A stretch of 63,081 nt of DNA, filler included, from Collodictyon triciliatum (lineage: Eukaryota): the NCBI GenBank assembly GCA_043381765.1. It is 9 parts of 9 records of this genome, joined end to end, with 100 filler letters (N's around TTAATTAATTAA, not from the genome) between each part and the next. Parts side by side here need not be neighbours in the genome. Positions count along the whole stretch, not along the records: positions 60,807 to 61,911 come from JBHJMP010003357.1; positions 62,012 to 63,081 come from JBHJMP010003366.1; 7 more parts are not named here. The stretch is one strand, 5' to 3'. Each line of letters opens with the position of its first letter. Positions within the stretch are counted from its first letter, which is position 1. Under the pieces are notes generated by a model. That model did no database searches, was not told the DNA's origin, and saw only the letters and a list, made by a program, of their open reading frames with translations. Below are positions 61,008-63,081 of this stretch, piece by piece. A program made the translations under genes and the position numbers.

Positions 61008-61420
61008 TCTAGTACATTATCGTCATGTCGAAGGTTGGCTTCATGTTTGCAATTTTGTCGGATCCTTGTGTGCACAAGGCTAACATATATTTTTGCTACT
61101 TGGCATGATTTCTGCGTTCAAAGGGATTCTTCGTTTATTAAAGGATTTTTACTTCTGTTTTGTCTGAACCATATCCTCTAGAGACATATCGGACCCTCAG
61201 TCACATATTTTTTTTTTAAAAAAAAGTAAACACAGAATAAGCTCTCAAATAAACTCACAAACCAAAGAGTATCGCTCAATGAAGCTGATTTTTGAGCGCC
61301 TTGTCTCAAACATGGCGTTCTTTGTTAAGCTTCTCATAAGATAATCAAGATTTTCGCCAAGAGCTGCGAACGTATCCACCAGGGAAGAAGAAAATAGGTA
61401 ATTCTCCAACTTTGGAGCCC
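61008..61420 (-). CDS. Possible exons of a hypothetical gene (partial)
   Basis: AG/GT-bounded open blocks WAPKLENYLFSSSLVDTFAALGENLDYLMRSL and LVHTRIRQNCKHEANLRHDDNVLE; no homology recognised. Confidence 0.35.
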
Positions 61421-61569
61421 ACTACCACAATGTGGTGGAATTGACGTTAAAATTTTCTCTTGCGTAAAAGATATCATCAATTTTTTTTTTAAAAAATAAT
61501 ACATCTCATGCTCACAAGAAGCAAATAAATAAAAAATAAAAAAAGATTGACATGTACATATATATATAT

Positions 61570-61712
61570 AGATAGAGATAGAGATAGAAATAGAGATAGA
61601 AATAGAAATAGAGATAGAGATAGAGATAGAGATAGAGATAAAGATAGAGATAAAGATAGAGATAGAGATAGAGATAGAGATAGAGATAGAGATAGAGATA
61701 GAGATAGAGATA
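61570..61712. repeat. (GATAGA)n hexamer repeat
   Basis: Directly visible. Confidence 0.92.
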
Positions 61713-62123
61713 TACACGAGTTAAATTCTATAACAAATTACATCATCGATGTCGCATGCTTTTTCAGTCCAGCTAATAATACTCAATCCTATCTCATCTA
61801 TCCATTTGGTTATTCCATCTTCAAAAAGAGACTCGATGGGGACGAACATTTCCCCTCTAGATGAAATTGGGGGGGGGGGGGGGGGGGGGGGTGAAAAAAA
61901 GGATAATAGGGNNNNNNNNNNNNNNNNNNNNNNNNNNNNNNNNNNNNNNNNNNNNTTAATTAATTAANNNNNNNNNNNNNNNNNNNNNNNNNNNNNNNNN
62001 NNNNNNNNNNNAAAAAAACATAAAAAAAACATAAAAAAAACATAAAAAAAACATAAAAAAAACATAAAAAAACATAAAAAACAAAAAAAACACACACACA
62101 CAAACGAAACGGAAAGAAAGCAC

Positions 62124-62780
62124 ATGAGCACCGGACGAATCGACGTGGGGACGCTGAGCGCAGAAGGCCTGAGCGAGTTCCTGACGCGGTTCGGGCTGCG
62201 GCGCCTGGCGGGGGTGTTTCTGGAGCACGAGATCAGCGGGGCGGAGCTGCTGCAGCTGCGGGCGGAGGACCTGCTTGTGGACCCGCTGCACGCGACGGTG
62301 GTGGAGGCGGGCATTGTGCAGCACATCCGCACGCGCCGCACATACTCGCACGAGACCGTCGCCCGCCTCGCCCCGCACACGGCCTCCGTCCGCTCTCTGC
62401 TCGGCCACACCGCCGCCGGCCCCGCTGCAGACGCCGCCCTCCTCCGCGTCCTCGACGCCCTCGCCGCCGACTTCCTGACCCACGGCGACCCCGCCCGGCT
62501 CAAAGCCTCCTTCCGCGCAGACGCCCCGGCCGATCCGTCCCACACCACCTGCCTCGACCGCTTCGCTTCTGCTTCTGCTTCTGCTTCTGCTTCTGGGGCG
62601 GATGCCCTGGGTGATGCGAATGGCGATGCGAATGGCGATGTGTCTGCCAAGAAAATCTCCTTTGCGTCCTTGCTGCCGCTCCAGAATGAAGACTGGGCCG
62701 GTGTTGTGAACGGCACTTGTGTTGCAGAGGGTCTCAGCGTCGTTGATGTTGCGCGCTCCATGGTTGCGGATCTGGACTGA
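62124..62780 (+). CDS. Small SAM-domain protein, 218 aa, single exon
   Basis: LSAEGLSEFLTRFGLRRLAGVFLEHEISGAELLQLRAEDL matches the SAM pattern; strongly GC3-biased codons on the + strand. Confidence 0.7.
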   Translation: MSTGRIDVGTLSAEGLSEFLTRFGLRRLAGVFLEHEISGAELLQLRAEDLLVDPLHATVVEAGIVQHIRTRRTYSHETVARLAPHTASVRSLLGHTAAGPAADAALLRVLDALAADFLTHGDPARLKASFRADAPADPSHTTCLDRFASASASASASGADALGDANGDANGDVSAKKISFASLLPLQNEDWAGVVNGTCVAEGLSVVDVARSMVADLD

Positions 62781-63081
62781 GGCGTCTCCTCTCCGGTGCT
62801 CTGTGGTTCTGTGCTCCGTGGCAGTATAAAGAAAGAAGGAAGGATAATTGGATGGATGGATGGATGAGTAGATACATACATAGATGAGTGATAGGATTGG
62901 TTGGTTGGTTGTTGATTTATTGGGTATTTTATTCAGAAAGAAGGTTGCTCCGCAGACATGGGTGTCGTTGATTCTGATTTTGTTTATATGGTGGAGATGA
63001 TATCAAAAAAAAAGAAAAGAAAAAGAAAAAGAAAAAGAAAAAGAAAAAGAAAAAGAAAAAGAAAAAGAAAAAGAAAAAGAA

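Noticed and set aside
61035-61090. Resemblance to reverse-complement U6 snRNA and a CCTTGTG/CACAAGG hairpin
   Set aside because: Lacks the ACAGAGA box and real identity; better explained as a minus-strand exon.
61964-62881. 305-aa minus-strand ORF
   Set aside because: Antisense shadow of the GC-rich SAM gene; the plus frame has the domain motif and codon bias.

Overview
Eukaryotic, intron-dense, microsatellite-rich genomic DNA, probably from an aerobic protist, using the standard genetic code. The window is not one locus. It holds nine unlinked scaffolds joined by artificial 100-bp N44-TTAATTAATTAA-N44 spacers, and the first six are each about 8.86-8.88 kb. Recognisable genes, spliced by hand: partial Piezo channel, DD3-3-like surface protein, SLC16/MCT-type MFS transporter, DHCR24 sterol reductase, ARF GTPase, 4CL/luciferase-family acyl-CoA ligase ending in PKL, KIF12/kinesin-16-like motor, pseudokinase-WD40 protein, coiled-coil-NHL protein, 3' half of GFAT, an intronless WD40-WD40-SAM protein, a small SAM protein and several hypothetical genes. 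One clear and one probable non-LTR retrotransposon fragment are present. The most unusual signal is a dispersed family of 22-24-nt insertions, consensus (CTT)TGAATCGAATAAAGG-A(n). Four copies on three scaffolds are each flanked by their own 12-18-bp target-site duplication (TSD), like ultra-short retroposons of nearly fixed length. A 42-nt insertion of different sequence has the same architecture. All homology calls are from motif recognition, not database searches.
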